NCBI GenBank assembly: GCA_038231275.1
Contig: JBBRLQ010000027.1
Coordinates: 44,841 to 108,840, forward strand
DNA: 64,000 nucleotides
Source of the DNA: Polyangiales bacterium
GTDB lineage: Bacteria > Myxococcota_A > Polyangia > Polyangiales > Polyangiaceae
Direction of reading: 5' to 3'
Part shown: one piece after another, positions 39,290 through 50,377 of the stretch
Numbering within the stretch: the first letter of the stretch is position 1
Layout of the letters: the number at the start of each line of letters is the position of its first letter
Made by a program: the position numbers and the translations under genes
The notes under the pieces: generated by a model
What the model saw: the letters and a program-made list of their open reading frames with translations, nothing else
Database searches by the model: none
What the model was told of the DNA's origin: nothing

Positions 39290-40959
39290 TTATAGGGATC
39301 CTGATCATCGATGGGGCGCGTCGTGCGGTTGCCCTTCGGCTCCTTGTTGAGGTCGACGTCGTCGGGTCCCGCTGTCGCGCCCGGTTTCGCGCCCGGCCTT
39401 CCGACGGGCACGTACGTGCCGCCGCCACCTGCGCGCAAGAGCGCGACGCTCTCGGTGTGATCGCGATCGAGCGTTACGCTGCGCGAGAGCGGCGCATACC
39501 CGCGCGCGGCGACATCGAGCTTGTGCGGCGCGCCGTCGGCCGGACGACGCACCTCGAACGGCGGCGCGAGGAGCACGCCGTCGAGCCGGACCGTCGCGCT
39601 CGCGGGCGTCACGTCGAACGACACGACCACCGGACCGTCTTTCGGCGCGGCGGTCACGGACGACGGAGGATTCGGCGCGGGCGGCGCGATCGGCGGCGGG
39701 ACGGCCTGGATGGGCTGCGCCGGTGGGACGTCGAGGGTGGCTTGCGTCGCGGTCGGCGGCGCGTGCTTTCGCGGAAATCCGAAGAGCGCGGCGCCTGCGA
39801 TCGCCGCGATCGCCGCGAGGCTCGCCGTCGTGACGATCGCGCGCGTCCACCTCCGCCCGCGCGGCGCGATCGCCGTCTCGGTCGGCGGGAGATCGGCGTC
39901 GACGAGCAGCGCGCCGTCGCTCGGCCGATTGCGCGGCGTGTCGCGCGTCTGCGTCGCGTTGAGCATCAAGATCGGCGAGGAGGTCGGCGCGCTCCGCACC
40001 TGCTCCTCGACGAGCCGCTTCATCTTCGCGCGCTCCTCGGCGAAGTGCTTGTCGAGGATCGCCGCCAGATCCGCCGCGTCGGCGTTCGTCGTCTTCTTCA
40101 GGTACGCCTCGAGCACCTCGCGCATCTCGGCGGCGCTCGTGTAGCGATCGTCGGGATTGAGGGCCATCGCCTTCTCGCAAATGGCCACGAGCTCGTCGGG
40201 CGCCTCGGCGTTGATCTCTTTGACCTTCGTCTCCTCGCCGCTCAGGCGCCGGCGCAGCACGGCGACCTCGCCGTCGCCGACTTTGTGGAAACGCGCCATC
40301 GTGAGCGCCTCCCACAGCATGACGCCGATCGAGAACACGTCGGCGCGCCCGTCGATCCCCTTCGACAGCGCCTGCTCGGGGGCCATGTACCCGAGCTTGC
40401 CCTTCATCGCGCCTTCACGCGTGAGCGCCGCGGAGCCCGCCACCTTGGCGATCCCGAAGTCGACGAGCTTCACCTGCCCCGGGTACGTGACGAAGACGTT
40501 TTGCGGGCTCACGTCACGGTGCACGATCGACAGCGGGCTCCCGTCGTAGTCCGAGAGGCCATGCGCGTACTGCAGCCCCGCAAGCACCTCGCAGAGGACG
40601 CGAATCTGCACGGGCAGCGGCACGTTCTTGCGACCGAGGCGCGCGACGATCGTGTTGAGCGCCTGCCCCTCCAGGTACTCCATCGCGATGAAGTGCTGAT
40701 CGCTATCGACGCCGATCTCGTACGTGTGGATGACGTTCGGGTGATTGAGCCGCGCGGCGACGCGGGCCTCGTTCAGGAACATCGACCGGAACTCCGGATC
40801 GGCGACGAGCTCCTCGCGCAGCAGCTTCAAGACGAAGAGCTTGTCGAACCCCGGCTTCTGCGAGAGCGCCAGGTACACGCGCGCCATCCCGCCCGCGCCG
40901 AGCCCGGCAATGACTCTGTACGGTCCGATGACACGAGGGTCGGATTTGGTTTCGCTCAT
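39286..40959 (-). CDS. Hanks-type Ser/Thr protein kinase with TM and PEGA-like C-domain
   Basis: LGAGGMARVY, HRDVSPQN, DFGIAK, YMAPEQ. Confidence 0.95.
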   Translation of the reverse strand: MSETKSDPRVIGPYRVIAGLGAGGMARVYLALSQKPGFDKLFVLKLLREELVADPEFRSMFLNEARVAARLNHPNVIHTYEIGVDSDQHFIAMEYLEGQALNTIVARLGRKNVPLPVQIRVLCEVLAGLQYAHGLSDYDGSPLSIVHRDVSPQNVFVTYPGQVKLVDFGIAKVAGSAALTREGAMKGKLGYMAPEQALSKGIDGRADVFSIGVMLWEALTMARFHKVGDGEVAVLRRRLSGEETKVKEINAEAPDELVAICEKAMALNPDDRYTSAAEMREVLEAYLKKTTNADAADLAAILDKHFAEERAKMKRLVEEQVRSAPTSSPILMLNATQTRDTPRNRPSDGALLVDADLPPTETAIAPRGRRWTRAIVTTASLAAIAAIAGAALFGFPRKHAPPTATQATLDVPPAQPIQAVPPPIAPPAPNPPSSVTAAPKDGPVVVSFDVTPASATVRLDGVLLAPPFEVRRPADGAPHKLDVAARGYAPLSRSVTLDRDHTESVALLRAGGGGTYVPVGRPGAKPGATAGPDDVDLNKEPKGNRTTRPIDDQDPYK

Positions 40960-41102
40960 GACGACGAACGCTTCGAGAAAGAGATCGAAAAGCGGACGCC
41001 GGCGCGCCCCCAGCTATTTTCGTCAATGCGGGGGCACCGCGCCACGTTTTCTTTGGGGTTCGAGGAGGTACGCAGCGCCCACCTTTGCGCACACACTGCG
41101 CG

Positions 41103-42053
41103 CTAGGGGGCGCTCGGCGTGATGATCACGTAGGTGATGTAGTCGGCGCGCAGCGCGACCGACACCTTCCCCATGAACTTGGTGGTGTCGTGAAACCGGG
41201 CGGTCAGCGTCGCGGTACCGGGCGGCAAGTTCAAAAAACCACCTTTGCCACCTGGATCCGTTTGGACCTCGTCTGCAAGAGGGAGGTTGTCGGCGTTGAA
41301 ATAGAATCTGCGGGTGCGACCCAGAGTGTCCTGCTTGTCGACGTCGACGGAGATACCCGAGAGCGAATTGTCCTGGCAGTCATGGGTGCGGAAGAAGAGG
41401 TGCGCGAGGCCGGACGCCACCGCGCCCGCGTCGAAGACGAGCGACGCGACGCCGGCGAACGTAGCGGGCGAGACCATTAGCGCATTCGGACCGACGGACG
41501 CGTCCTGAATGAGCGGCGGATGGATCTGAATGAGCGCGGGCGTGACGTACTGCTGCCCGCCGTCGAGGTTGTTGACCTCGAGAAGGCCTGCGAAGCCGTA
41601 ACCCACTTGGACCGTGACGGTCCCCGCGGCGTTCGGAAAAATGGTCGTTGCGCCGCCTTGATCGCGCGGACTCAGACAGGTCTGATCGAAGAGCGAACAG
41701 ACCCGTACGCCGATCTCCGTTAGGCCTTGGTTGCCGCTCGCGTTTTGAAAGGTCCGCGAGTAGGTGACCAGATGGGTCAGACTCTCTTCCGTCGGGTAGG
41801 GCGTATTCGCGCAGGCGAACAGCGCGTCGGGGCCCGAATCCACGCTCGCCTCACCGCCCCCCGAGTCTGCGGAGGGCTGCACGCAGACGCGGCTCACGCA
41901 CGTCGCGGTCGCGAATTGGCCGCCGCGTGACGCGCAGTCGCCGTCCGTCGTGCACTGGAACACGTCCGAGCTGACCAAGAACTGACACGCGACCGCAGGC
42001 GCAAGAAGAACGGCCGCCAGGAGCGCGTAACGCGCATGGACTGGGTTCGCCAT
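41103..42053 (-). CDS. Hypothetical lipoprotein (Cys-rich N-term, beta-rich C-term)
   Basis: AVAC lipobox; QCTTDGDC...CVSRVC. Confidence 0.65.
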   Translation of the reverse strand: MANPVHARYALLAAVLLAPAVACQFLVSSDVFQCTTDGDCASRGGQFATATCVSRVCVQPSADSGGGEASVDSGPDALFACANTPYPTEESLTHLVTYSRTFQNASGNQGLTEIGVRVCSLFDQTCLSPRDQGGATTIFPNAAGTVTVQVGYGFAGLLEVNNLDGGQQYVTPALIQIHPPLIQDASVGPNALMVSPATFAGVASLVFDAGAVASGLAHLFFRTHDCQDNSLSGISVDVDKQDTLGRTRRFYFNADNLPLADEVQTDPGGKGGFLNLPPGTATLTARFHDTTKFMGKVSVALRADYITYVIITPSAP

Positions 42054-42072
42054 CACGACAGAGGCTACCACG

Positions 42073-42708
42073 TCACGGGCAAGGGGCACCGGCGTCGAGC
42101 CACGCGCGGACGTGCCGGACGAGCTCCTCGTGGCTCACCGGCGGCAGCGTTCGACCCGGCCCAGGCGCGAAGCCCCAGAGGACGATTTTGTCGCTCGCGA
42201 AATGCTCCTCGAGCTGCGCAAGCGTGCGGTGACCGTTCTTCTCGGGGTCTTTGAGCGACTCGCAGAGCTGGCGCGGCGTGAGGCCCTCGAAGACCATCGG
42301 CGTCTCCTTCGGCGGCAGCCGCCAGTCGGGCACACCCGGCGGACCGTGCGGCCGGTCGGAGTTCTTCTCGCGGTGGCAGGTCGTGCAGGGGAGGCCGGAT
42401 TCCTCGCTCTTGCGCGAGATGTTCATCGGGTGGAGGCGGAAGTGATCGCCGACGTGCGGCGCGTCGCCGATGGGGTGGCAATTCACGCAGCGAGGGGAGA
42501 GGAGATCGCGGGCGATGGGCAGGAAGTGATCGGACGCGGTCGGAGTCGGAGTCGGAGTCGGAGTCGGAGTCGGAGTCGGAGTCGGGGTCGGGGTCGGCGT
42601 CGGGGTCGCGGTCGGGGTCGAGGTCGGCGTCGAGGTCGGCGTCGAGGTCGAGGTCGAGGTCGCGGAGAAGGAGATGACGGTCGCGAGGACGAGGGCGGCG
42701 CGGGTCAT
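42073..42708 (-). CDS. Cytochrome c-like accessory subunit of isoquinoline 1-oxidoreductase-type enzyme
   Basis: SPRCVNCHP and CTTCH heme motifs; PPG.PDWRL.P; (TP)n linker. Confidence 0.8.
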   Translation of the reverse strand: MTRAALVLATVISFSATSTSTSTPTSTPTSTPTATPTPTPTPTPTPTPTPTPTPTPTASDHFLPIARDLLSPRCVNCHPIGDAPHVGDHFRLHPMNISRKSEESGLPCTTCHREKNSDRPHGPPGVPDWRLPPKETPMVFEGLTPRQLCESLKDPEKNGHRTLAQLEEHFASDKIVLWGFAPGPGRTLPPVSHEELVRHVRAWLDAGAPCP

Positions 42709-44939
42709 TTTGCTTCCTCCATCGCGCGACGAATTGGAAGCCGGCGAACTGGACGGCCCGTCGCGCGCAGGATCGCGTTCGCGATCGTCGGCGCGACGAG
42801 AGGGACACCGGGCTCACCGATTCCGGTGGGCGGCTCCTCGCTCGGAACGATGTGCACCTCCACGACGGGCATCTCGTGCATTCGGAGCGACGGGTAGTCG
42901 TGGAAATTCGATTGCTCGACCCGCCCCTTCGCGAGCGTGATTTCCTGCGACATCGCCGCGCCGAGGCCGAAGCCGACGCCGCCCTCGATCTGCGCGCGAA
43001 CGAGATCGGGATTGATGACTTTGCCGCAATCCACCGCGACGACCACGCGGTGACAGCGAACGTGACGGCCTTCGACGGTGACCTCCGCGACCTGCGCGAT
43101 GCTCGTTCCGAACACCGTCGTCTGCGCGATGCCCCGCGCGACACCCGGCTTCAGCGCCGTCGTCCACCCCGCTTTTTCCGCGGCAAGCTCGAGGACACGG
43201 CGCGCGCGCGGCGCGTGGGCGAGTAAATCGCGGCGCATCTCGAACGGATCCTTCTTCGCCGCGCGCGCGACCTCGTCGAAGAACGCCTCCACCGCGAAGA
43301 CGTTGTTCGACGTGCCGATCGATCGCCACCACCCGACGGGAACGCTCACGTTGATCGCCGCGAACTCGGCCTCGATGTTGGGGATCGCGTAGGCGATGTC
43401 GCGGCCCCCTTCGAGCGACGACGGATCGGTAATCGCTCCGCCGGAATAAAGCGTCGCGGCGCCGCGCGCGGCCAAGCTCTTCATCGCGAGCGGCAGCGAA
43501 TTCGGGACGATGCTCTGCCCCCACTCCTCGGCGATTTGTCCGATGATCGACTGGCACGCCATCCGCTCGAACCAACTCGTGAGCGTGCCGTCGCGCGAAA
43601 GCCCCGCGCGCATCTGCGTGACCGACATCGGGCGGTAGACGTCGTGCGTCGTGTCGTCCTCGCGCGACCACACGATCTTGACCGGCTTCTTGATGCGCAG
43701 CGCGATCGTGACGGCCTCCAGGACGTAGTCCTGGGCGAGGCGCCTTCCGTAGCCGCCGCCGATCGCGGTCTGGTGCATGACGATGTCGTGGTAGGCAAAC
43801 CCGGTGAGGCGACGGATGCCTTCGCGCGCGAGCCCGAACGACTGGCTCGGCGCCCACACTTCGCAGCGACCGTCTTTCACGATCGCCGTTGCGTTCTGCG
43901 GCTCGAGTGTCGCGTGCGCGAGGTACGGCGTCTCGTAGATCGCCTCGAGCACGGTCGCCGCCTCGCCCTCGGCCCTCGCGACGGAGCCGTCGGCGCGCAG
44001 CACCTTGCCGGGCTCACGAAGGCGCGCGTGAAATGCGGCGCGAAGACGCTCGGTGTCGAGAGCGATGGCGCCTTCGGTCCACTCGACCTTCACGAGCGCC
44101 GACGCGCGACGCGCGCGCCAGTACGACGACGCCACGACCGCGACGCCTGTGGGAACCGCGAGGACGTGCGACACACCCGGCTCGCGAAGTGCCGCCGATC
44201 CGTCGAACCCCTTGAGCTTCGCGCCGATGGCGGGCGCGCGGAGGATCACCGCGGTGAGGAGGCCCGGCAGCTTCACGTCGATGCCGTAGATGGTGCTCCC
44301 GTCGACCTTCGCGGGCGCGTCGAGGCGGGGGACGCTCTTTCCGATCCACTTGAACGCGCTCGCGGGCTTCAGCGCGGGCACCGCAACGCGCTCGTTCGCG
44401 GCGGCGATCGCCAGCTCCCCATACCGCGCAGTCCGTCCGCTCGAGGGATGGGTGATCGCGCCGTTGTCGGCGACGCACGAGGTCACGGCCACTCCCCATC
44501 GCCGTGCGGCCGCGGCCTTCAGGAGCTCACGCGTCGTCGCGGCGGCAGCGCGCAGCGGCTCGTACGACGTTCGGACCGAGGTGCTTCCACCGGTGACCTG
44601 CATGAGGAGGAGCGGATCGGGGTTGTCGTACGCGCGACCCGCCGGCGCCGTCGCGATGACGAGGCGCGCCGGATCGATCTCGAGCTCCTCGGCGACCATC
44701 TGCGCGTGCGACGTCGTCGTCCCCTGCCCCATCTCGACGCGATCGAGCACGAACGTGACGCGATCGTCGGGCGAAATGATCAGCCACGCGTTCGGAACGA
44801 AGACGCCGCCGCGCACGCCCCCAAATCGCGGCGGTGCGCATCCCGGCACCGCGATCTGCACGAGCAACCCGCCCGCCGCCGCCGCGCCGAAGCGCAGGAC
44901 GTCACGACGCCCCACGTCGCTGGGCGAAGGCTCGCTCAT
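42705..44939 (-). CDS. Xanthine dehydrogenase-family molybdopterin subunit (IorB-like), Tat signal
   Basis: GRRDVL Tat motif; EMGQG, TGGSTS, HATLEP.N, GGGYGRR, GWWRS, GIGEPG. Confidence 0.9.
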   Translation of the reverse strand: MSEPSPSDVGRRDVLRFGAAAAGGLLVQIAVPGCAPPRFGGVRGGVFVPNAWLIISPDDRVTFVLDRVEMGQGTTTSHAQMVAEELEIDPARLVIATAPAGRAYDNPDPLLLMQVTGGSTSVRTSYEPLRAAAATTRELLKAAAARRWGVAVTSCVADNGAITHPSSGRTARYGELAIAAANERVAVPALKPASAFKWIGKSVPRLDAPAKVDGSTIYGIDVKLPGLLTAVILRAPAIGAKLKGFDGSAALREPGVSHVLAVPTGVAVVASSYWRARRASALVKVEWTEGAIALDTERLRAAFHARLREPGKVLRADGSVARAEGEAATVLEAIYETPYLAHATLEPQNATAIVKDGRCEVWAPSQSFGLAREGIRRLTGFAYHDIVMHQTAIGGGYGRRLAQDYVLEAVTIALRIKKPVKIVWSREDDTTHDVYRPMSVTQMRAGLSRDGTLTSWFERMACQSIIGQIAEEWGQSIVPNSLPLAMKSLAARGAATLYSGGAITDPSSLEGGRDIAYAIPNIEAEFAAINVSVPVGWWRSIGTSNNVFAVEAFFDEVARAAKKDPFEMRRDLLAHAPRARRVLELAAEKAGWTTALKPGVARGIAQTTVFGTSIAQVAEVTVEGRHVRCHRVVVAVDCGKVINPDLVRAQIEGGVGFGLGAAMSQEITLAKGRVEQSNFHDYPSLRMHEMPVVEVHIVPSEEPPTGIGEPGVPLVAPTIANAILRATGRPVRRLPIRRAMEEAK

Positions 44940-45427
44940 GGCTTCGGATCCGGTTCTTTTGGCGCGCCGTCGCCTGCGAGCTTCTCCGCCGCGAGATGAA
45001 TGGCGCTGCGGATGCGCACGTACGTCGCGCAGCGGCACAGGTTCGCGCTCATCACCGAATCGATCTCGGCATCGGTCGGCCGCGGCTTCGCCTTCAGCAG
45101 GGAGATCGCCGACATGATCTGCCCCGACTGGCAGTACCCGCACTGCGGCGTCGAGTGTGCGATCCACGCCTCTTGGACCGCGCGCATCGGCGTCGCGGCG
45201 ATCCCTTCGATCGTCGTGACCTCTTTTCCCGCGACCTCACCTACGCGCGTGGTGCAGGAGCGGAGCGGCTTTCCATCAAGGTGTACTGTGCACGCGCCGC
45301 AGAGCGCGATTCCGCAGCCGTACTTCGTGCCGGTGAGGCCTAGCTCTTCGCGAAGGACCCACAGGAGCGGAACGTCATCAGGGACGTCCACGTCGTGATG
45401 CGCGCCGTTGACGGTGAACGAGATCAC
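44936..45427 (-). CDS. (2Fe-2S)-binding subunit (IorA-like)
   Basis: [33 protein letters not shown]. Confidence 0.93.
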   Translation of the reverse strand: MISFTVNGAHHDVDVPDDVPLLWVLREELGLTGTKYGCGIALCGACTVHLDGKPLRSCTTRVGEVAGKEVTTIEGIAATPMRAVQEAWIAHSTPQCGYCQSGQIMSAISLLKAKPRPTDAEIDSVMSANLCRCATYVRIRSAIHLAAEKLAGDGAPKEPDPKP

Positions 45428-45437
45428 GATGCGCTCC

Positions 45438-46004
45438 TCACCACAGGCTGAAGCTGGCGGTGAGCTGCGTCTTCGGCGCGAGCAGCGCGTCGACCGCCGT
45501 GAACGGGAGCACCGCCGTCACCTGCGCGTCGAGGGTGAAGTTGCGGCCGTAGAAAATGTACGTCCCGAGCGACGCCTCGGCGAGCGCGCGGCTGCCGAGA
45601 TCGGTCTCCCACAGCGCGCCGATGCCGCCTCCCCAATACGGGATCAAATAGCGGCGGCTCGCGTTCCCTTCGAACGAGACGAGCCAGCCGAGGCGATAGA
45701 CGAGCATCGCGCGATGATCTTGGGACGGCATGTACGCGACGCCGAACCGCAGCGCGCCTTGCGACGGACCGAACGCGTCGTTGTTGTTCGACCACGACAG
45801 CGCCGCGAACTCGACGCCCGGTCCGACGTACGGATTCAGCCCACCGCGCGGGAAATACGCGACGCCCGCGACCGCAGGCATCAGCACCGAGACGAGCGTC
45901 TCGCACGCCGGATCGTCGGGCTTCTCGTCGGGACACTTCGCGTGCGCGCCCGCCGCAAATCCGAATACCGCGAGGGCGACCGCCCACCCGAGCGCCTTGT
46001 TCAT
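45438..46004 (-). CDS. Hypothetical secreted/outer-membrane beta-strand protein
   Basis: Signal peptide AHA|KC; amphipathic strands; terminal W. Confidence 0.6.
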   Translation of the reverse strand: MNKALGWAVALAVFGFAAGAHAKCPDEKPDDPACETLVSVLMPAVAGVAYFPRGGLNPYVGPGVEFAALSWSNNNDAFGPSQGALRFGVAYMPSQDHRAMLVYRLGWLVSFEGNASRRYLIPYWGGGIGALWETDLGSRALAEASLGTYIFYGRNFTLDAQVTAVLPFTAVDALLAPKTQLTASFSLW

Positions 46005-46047
46005 TGCGCTCCTTCCCTACCACAGGAACTGCCGAGGGAGGCCGTTC

Positions 46048-47424
46048 TCACTCGAACAGGTGATCGAGGATGATGCGCTTCACGTCCGTGACGTGGGCAC
46101 CCTCCTTCGGCAAGAGCGACGGCTCCGTCGAGAGGAGCACCGGCTGCTCGTCGGGCTTCGTGCTCGGGACGCCGTGCGAGCCCTTCACGAGCGACGCGTC
46201 GAGCGGGATGACGTCCATCAAGTAGCGAAAGCCGAGCATCTTCTGCGCGAGGCGGAAGGCGACCTTGAGCTGCGGGATCGGGAGCGCCGGATCGACGAAG
46301 AGCTCGACGGGGTCGTAGCCAGGCTTCCGGTGGATGTCGACGGTGCGTGCGTAGTCGGGGGCTTTGGCGTCGTCGTTCCAGAAGTAGTACGTGAACCACG
46401 CGTCGCGATCGGCGAGCAGCACCAAATCCCCGCCGCGCTCGTGGTGAATGGCCCGGGCTTTCTGGCCTTCTGCGTCGAGCACCTCGGCGACGCCCGGCAG
46501 CTTCGCGAGGAGCGCCTTCACCTCGGGCAGGCGCGTGGCGTTCTTCACGTACACGTGCGCGATCTGGTGATCGGCGACGGCGAACGCCTCGCTGCCGCCG
46601 CAGTCGAGCTTCTCGGTGCCGCGCTCACGCCGCACGCGAAGGAGGCCGGCGTCGCGGAGCGCGCGGTTCGGATGCACGGCGCGCGACACCTTGGTAATGA
46701 CGTACTCGGACACGATCATCACGCGCGCGCCGGCCTTCGTGAAGTGATCAACGAGATCGCCGACCACGTCGTCGACCTCGCGGAGGGCCTTGGCGATGCG
46801 CGGATCGCCGGGCCCGAAGCGCTGCAGGTCGTAGTCGAGGTGCGGCAGGTACACGAGCGAGAGGGTCGGCTTCTTCTCGTCGAAGACGCGCTTGGACGCC
46901 TCGGCGATCCACTGCGTCGAGCGAATGCCGGCGCGCGGCCCCCAGAAGTCGAAGAGCGGAAACGCGCCGAGCGACGCGTTGAGCTCGTCACGCAAGTCCT
47001 CGGGCTCGGTGTAGATGTCCGGGATTTTCAGCCCGTCGGCGGGGTACATCGGCCGCGGGGTCACCGCGAAATCGGCCGACGAGTACATGTTGAACCACCA
47101 GAACATCTTCGCGCACGTCACGCTGGCGTCGCGTTTGCGCGCGGTCTCCCAGACCTTCTCGCCGATGGTGATGCGGTTCACCTGACGCCAGAGGAGGACC
47201 TCGGCGAGATCCTTCCAGTACCAACCGTTGCCCACGACGCCGTGCTCGGAGACCGGAAGACCCGTGAGCATCGACGCTTGCACACTGCATGTAACCGCCG
47301 GAAGCAGCGTCGTGAGCGGCCGCGCGCCGTCCTGCGCCTTCGCGAGGCGCGCGAGGTTCGGCGTGTGCTCGCCGATGAGCCCGGTGGCGAGCCCGACGAC
47401 GTCGAGGACGACGGTGCGCTTCAA
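46048..47424 (-). CDS. eboF: EboF, alkaline phosphatase/nucleotide pyrophosphatase superfamily
   Basis: VLDVVGL, PAVTCSVQ, HGVVGNGWY, YLPHLDYDLQRFGP, DHQIAHVY, VDIHRKPGYDPVELF, VKGSHG. Confidence 0.9.
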   Translation of the reverse strand: MKRTVVLDVVGLATGLIGEHTPNLARLAKAQDGARPLTTLLPAVTCSVQASMLTGLPVSEHGVVGNGWYWKDLAEVLLWRQVNRITIGEKVWETARKRDASVTCAKMFWWFNMYSSADFAVTPRPMYPADGLKIPDIYTEPEDLRDELNASLGAFPLFDFWGPRAGIRSTQWIAEASKRVFDEKKPTLSLVYLPHLDYDLQRFGPGDPRIAKALREVDDVVGDLVDHFTKAGARVMIVSEYVITKVSRAVHPNRALRDAGLLRVRRERGTEKLDCGGSEAFAVADHQIAHVYVKNATRLPEVKALLAKLPGVAEVLDAEGQKARAIHHERGGDLVLLADRDAWFTYYFWNDDAKAPDYARTVDIHRKPGYDPVELFVDPALPIPQLKVAFRLAQKMLGFRYLMDVIPLDASLVKGSHGVPSTKPDEQPVLLSTEPSLLPKEGAHVTDVKRIILDHLFE

Positions 47425-47434
47425 TGGGCCCGTC

Positions 47435-48316
47435 TCACGTGCGCGCGGGCGTTTGGCCGCGGAGGACCGAGTTGCCCTCGAAGAGCTCCGCTTGGTCGTA
47501 CGACGCGTTCGACGCGAGATCGGCCGCGACGATGCGCCCGGTTTGGCCGAAGAACGCGATCGGGTTCTTCCACACGATCGTCTCGATGTCGGCCGCGACG
47601 ATGCCGGCGTCCTTCATCGCGATGGCGGTCTTCGGCACCTTGAGCGGATCGCTGACGCCCCAATCGGCGGCGCTGTTCACGATGATGCGCGACGGCCCGT
47701 ACTTCTTCACGAGAGCGGCCATGCGCGGCTCGTCCATCTTCGTGTTCGGGTAAATCGAGTGCCCTGCCCAGCACCCCGTCGCGAGGACGAGCGGCAAGGT
47801 CTCCTCGTTGTTGTGGTCGATGAGGACGCGCTCTTCGGCGAAGCGCTGCTCCTTCACGACGGCGAGGCTCCGCTCGGTGCCGCGCTTCTTGTCGCGGTGC
47901 GGGGTGTGGATGAGGACCGGCAGATCGAATTTCTTCGCGAGCTCGAGCTGCGCGGCGAAGAACTTCTCCTCGGCCGGCGTCTGATCGTCGAAGCCGATCT
48001 CGCCGACCGCGACGACGCCGTCCTTTCCGAGGTAGTGCGGCATCAAGTCCAGCACGCCCTGGGCGACGTTCGGGTTGTTCGCCTCCTTCGGGTTCAGGCC
48101 GATGGTGCAGAAGTGCGTGATGCCGAATTGGCTCGCGCGGAAGCGCTCCCAGCCGAGGAGGGCCTGGAAATAGTCCTCGAACGTGCCGACCTTCGTGCGC
48201 GGCTGGCCGAGCCAGAACGCGGGCTCGATGATCGCGCGGATGCCCGCCTTCGCCATCGCCTCGTAGTCGTCGGTCGTGCGGCTCGTCATGTGGATGTGCG
48301 GGTCGAACAGCTTCAC
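47435..48316 (-). CDS. eboB: EboB, TatD-like hydrolase
   Basis: DPHIHMTSRTTDDY, EPAFWLGQPRT, ERFRASQFG, LNPKEAN, HTPHRDKK, NSAADWG.SDPL. Confidence 0.9.
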   Translation of the reverse strand: MKLFDPHIHMTSRTTDDYEAMAKAGIRAIIEPAFWLGQPRTKVGTFEDYFQALLGWERFRASQFGITHFCTIGLNPKEANNPNVAQGVLDLMPHYLGKDGVVAVGEIGFDDQTPAEEKFFAAQLELAKKFDLPVLIHTPHRDKKRGTERSLAVVKEQRFAEERVLIDHNNEETLPLVLATGCWAGHSIYPNTKMDEPRMAALVKKYGPSRIIVNSAADWGVSDPLKVPKTAIAMKDAGIVAADIETIVWKNPIAFFGQTGRIVAADLASNASYDQAELFEGNSVLRGQTPART

Positions 48317-48894
48317 GAGGCCACCTCTTTCATGATTCCTGACAAGTCCGCGGGAACCGGCCTTCCCGCGGCGCGACGCTCGGCGGCGAAGTCGGCGGCC
48401 ATCCGCGCGAGCTCGTCGTTCTTCCGCGCGGCGAGACCGACGATGCGCGCGAGGGCCACGCCGTTGAATGACGCCTTCAGCACCATCTGGTTGAAATTCA
48501 GCTCGGGGAAGAAGCGCTCGGGGTACGTGTTCTCGCAGGCGATCGCCTCGAAGATCGTGAGCACGTTGGTGCGACATGCCTCGATGGCGAGCGGCAGGAA
48601 TCGCTCAGGATCGGCGAGGAGCGGGAGCGCCTTCAGCACGGCCTGGCGCTCACGGTTGTCGCCGCGATCGTAGAGCTCCTCGGGCGACACCGACGCCGCG
48701 CCGCGAACCAAGAGCGCCGCGCGCGCGACCTCGTCGGTGCCCCACGTGCCGCGGCCCGGAACGACGCACGGCTCCTTGCCCACCGCGCGCGCGGCGCCGG
48801 AGAACGCCGCGAGGAGCGCGAGGCGATCGTCGGCGGCCACCGACACGACCCACTCGTTCGCCGTCGCCGGCAGCGCGTCGAGGAAGACCGTCAT
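48313..48894 (-). CDS. eboA: EboA domain protein
   Basis: W..DEVAR..LL, GD..E..AVLKAL, ACRTN..F.AIACEN.YP, NQMVLK, ERRAAGR.VP. Confidence 0.85.
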   Translation of the reverse strand: MTVFLDALPATANEWVVSVAADDRLALLAAFSGAARAVGKEPCVVPGRGTWGTDEVARAALLVRGAASVSPEELYDRGDNRERQAVLKALPLLADPERFLPLAIEACRTNVLTIFEAIACENTYPERFFPELNFNQMVLKASFNGVALARIVGLAARKNDELARMAADFAAERRAAGRPVPADLSGIMKEVAS

Positions 48895-48956
48895 CGAAGG
48901 CCGAACGTAGCACGCGGACCGGCGTGCGGCGGCGGTCGGTGGTAGAGAGATCGGCC

Positions 48957-49394
48957 ATGGATCTCCCCGCGGACTACGACAAGGCGCTCGAGCTCATTTT
49001 GGCGGATTTCAAGGCCCAGATCGGCACGATCCACGTCCTCGAAGCGGACGGGATGCTCCACTTGCGCGCGCACTCGCGAGGGATTCCGGAGCCGGTCTTG
49101 GCGGCGAGCCGAGTCATCCCGATCGGCAAGGGGATCGCGGGCCTCGCCGTCGAGCGCAAGGCTCCCGTGAATCTGTGCAATCTACAAACGGACAAGAGCG
49201 GCGACGCGCGGCCGGGGGCGAAGGCGACGGGCGCGATGGGATCGCTCTGCGTCCCGATGCTCGACGGCGAGCGCGCGGTGGGTGCGCTCGGCATCGCGGC
49301 GATGGGCGAACGAAACTTCACGAAGGAAGAAGAGGATCGGCTCCTCGACCTGGGCCGGCAGCTGGCCTCGCGCGCCTCCCCTCGCGCCTCCTGA
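48957..49394 (+). CDS. Stand-alone GAF domain protein
   Basis: IPIGKGIAGLA, SLCVPM..GE..VGALGI...F..EE. Confidence 0.8.
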   Translation: MDLPADYDKALELILADFKAQIGTIHVLEADGMLHLRAHSRGIPEPVLAASRVIPIGKGIAGLAVERKAPVNLCNLQTDKSGDARPGAKATGAMGSLCVPMLDGERAVGALGIAAMGERNFTKEEEDRLLDLGRQLASRASPRAS

Positions 49395-49456
49395 GGAGCG
49401 CGCCCGAATCGGCCTCCGCGAGGCGAGCGGTGCTATCCTGGTCGCTGGAGGACGCG

Positions 49457-50374
49457 ATGCGAAGAGCGCTCGGTCTTGCGGTTTCCTTCGTGGTGCTCGC
49501 GACCGCGAGCTGTAGCTCCGACTCGAGCGCCCCCTCGGCGCCGGGCCCCGTGAACGGAGCCGACGGCGGCCTCGTTGCCGATGGCACCGCGCCGCCGGGT
49601 GACGGTAGCCTTCCGCCACAAGACAGCGGCGCAGCCGTCGATGCCGCAAAGGACGGCAATGCGCCTCCTCCTCAAGACGGGTCCACCGCGCTGACGTGCG
49701 CGAGCGCCGGACTCCTCTTTTGCGACGACTTCGAGTCGTACCCGCTCGGCACCGCGAAGGGCGGTAAGTGGACGCCGGTCACGAACAACGGGACCCTCAC
49801 GATCGACACGGCGCACGTGCGCGGGGCGAAGGCGCTCCACGTCAGCACGCAGTTGAATGGCTTCGCGTACGCGCGCCTCGGAGCGTTCGCGCCGCCGAAC
49901 AACAGCTTCTTCGGGCGCATGTACGCGTGGGTCACCGCCTACCCGAGCGCGCCGGACTACGCACACTTCACGCTGGTGGAAGCGGCGGCCGGCAGCGGCA
50001 CACTCGTTCGCCCCATCGGCGGGCAGTACGTCCCCAACCAAGGTCCGCTCCTCGGCACCGGCAGCGACGGCGGTCCGACGGGGGATTGGGAGAATTGGAA
50101 GGCGTCGGCCCCCGCGCAAGCAGGCGCGTGGAAATGCTTCGAGTGGGAGCTTCGCGCGAACGACAACGTCGTCAACGTATGGGTGGACAGCATCGCCAAG
50201 ACGGATCTCACGGTGTCGACGAAGTCGCATGGTGGCACCCAGGTCGACTTCGTCTTTCCGACGTTCGATCACGTCTGGTTCGGCTGGTGGCTCTACCAGG
50301 GTGGCTCGACGCCGACCCAGTTCGACATTTGGCTCGACGACATCGTGCTGAGCACGACGCGAATCGGCTGCTGA
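49457..50374 (+). CDS. Lipoprotein with beta-sandwich (Cip1-like/polysaccharide-lyase-like) domain
   Basis: TASC lipobox; FCDDFES, W.CFEW, DIWLDDIVLSTTRIGC. Confidence 0.65.
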   Translation: MRRALGLAVSFVVLATASCSSDSSAPSAPGPVNGADGGLVADGTAPPGDGSLPPQDSGAAVDAAKDGNAPPPQDGSTALTCASAGLLFCDDFESYPLGTAKGGKWTPVTNNGTLTIDTAHVRGAKALHVSTQLNGFAYARLGAFAPPNNSFFGRMYAWVTAYPSAPDYAHFTLVEAAAGSGTLVRPIGGQYVPNQGPLLGTGSDGGPTGDWENWKASAPAQAGAWKCFEWELRANDNVVNVWVDSIAKTDLTVSTKSHGGTQVDFVFPTFDHVWFGWWLYQGGSTPTQFDIWLDDIVLSTTRIGC

Positions 50375-50377
50375 CGC

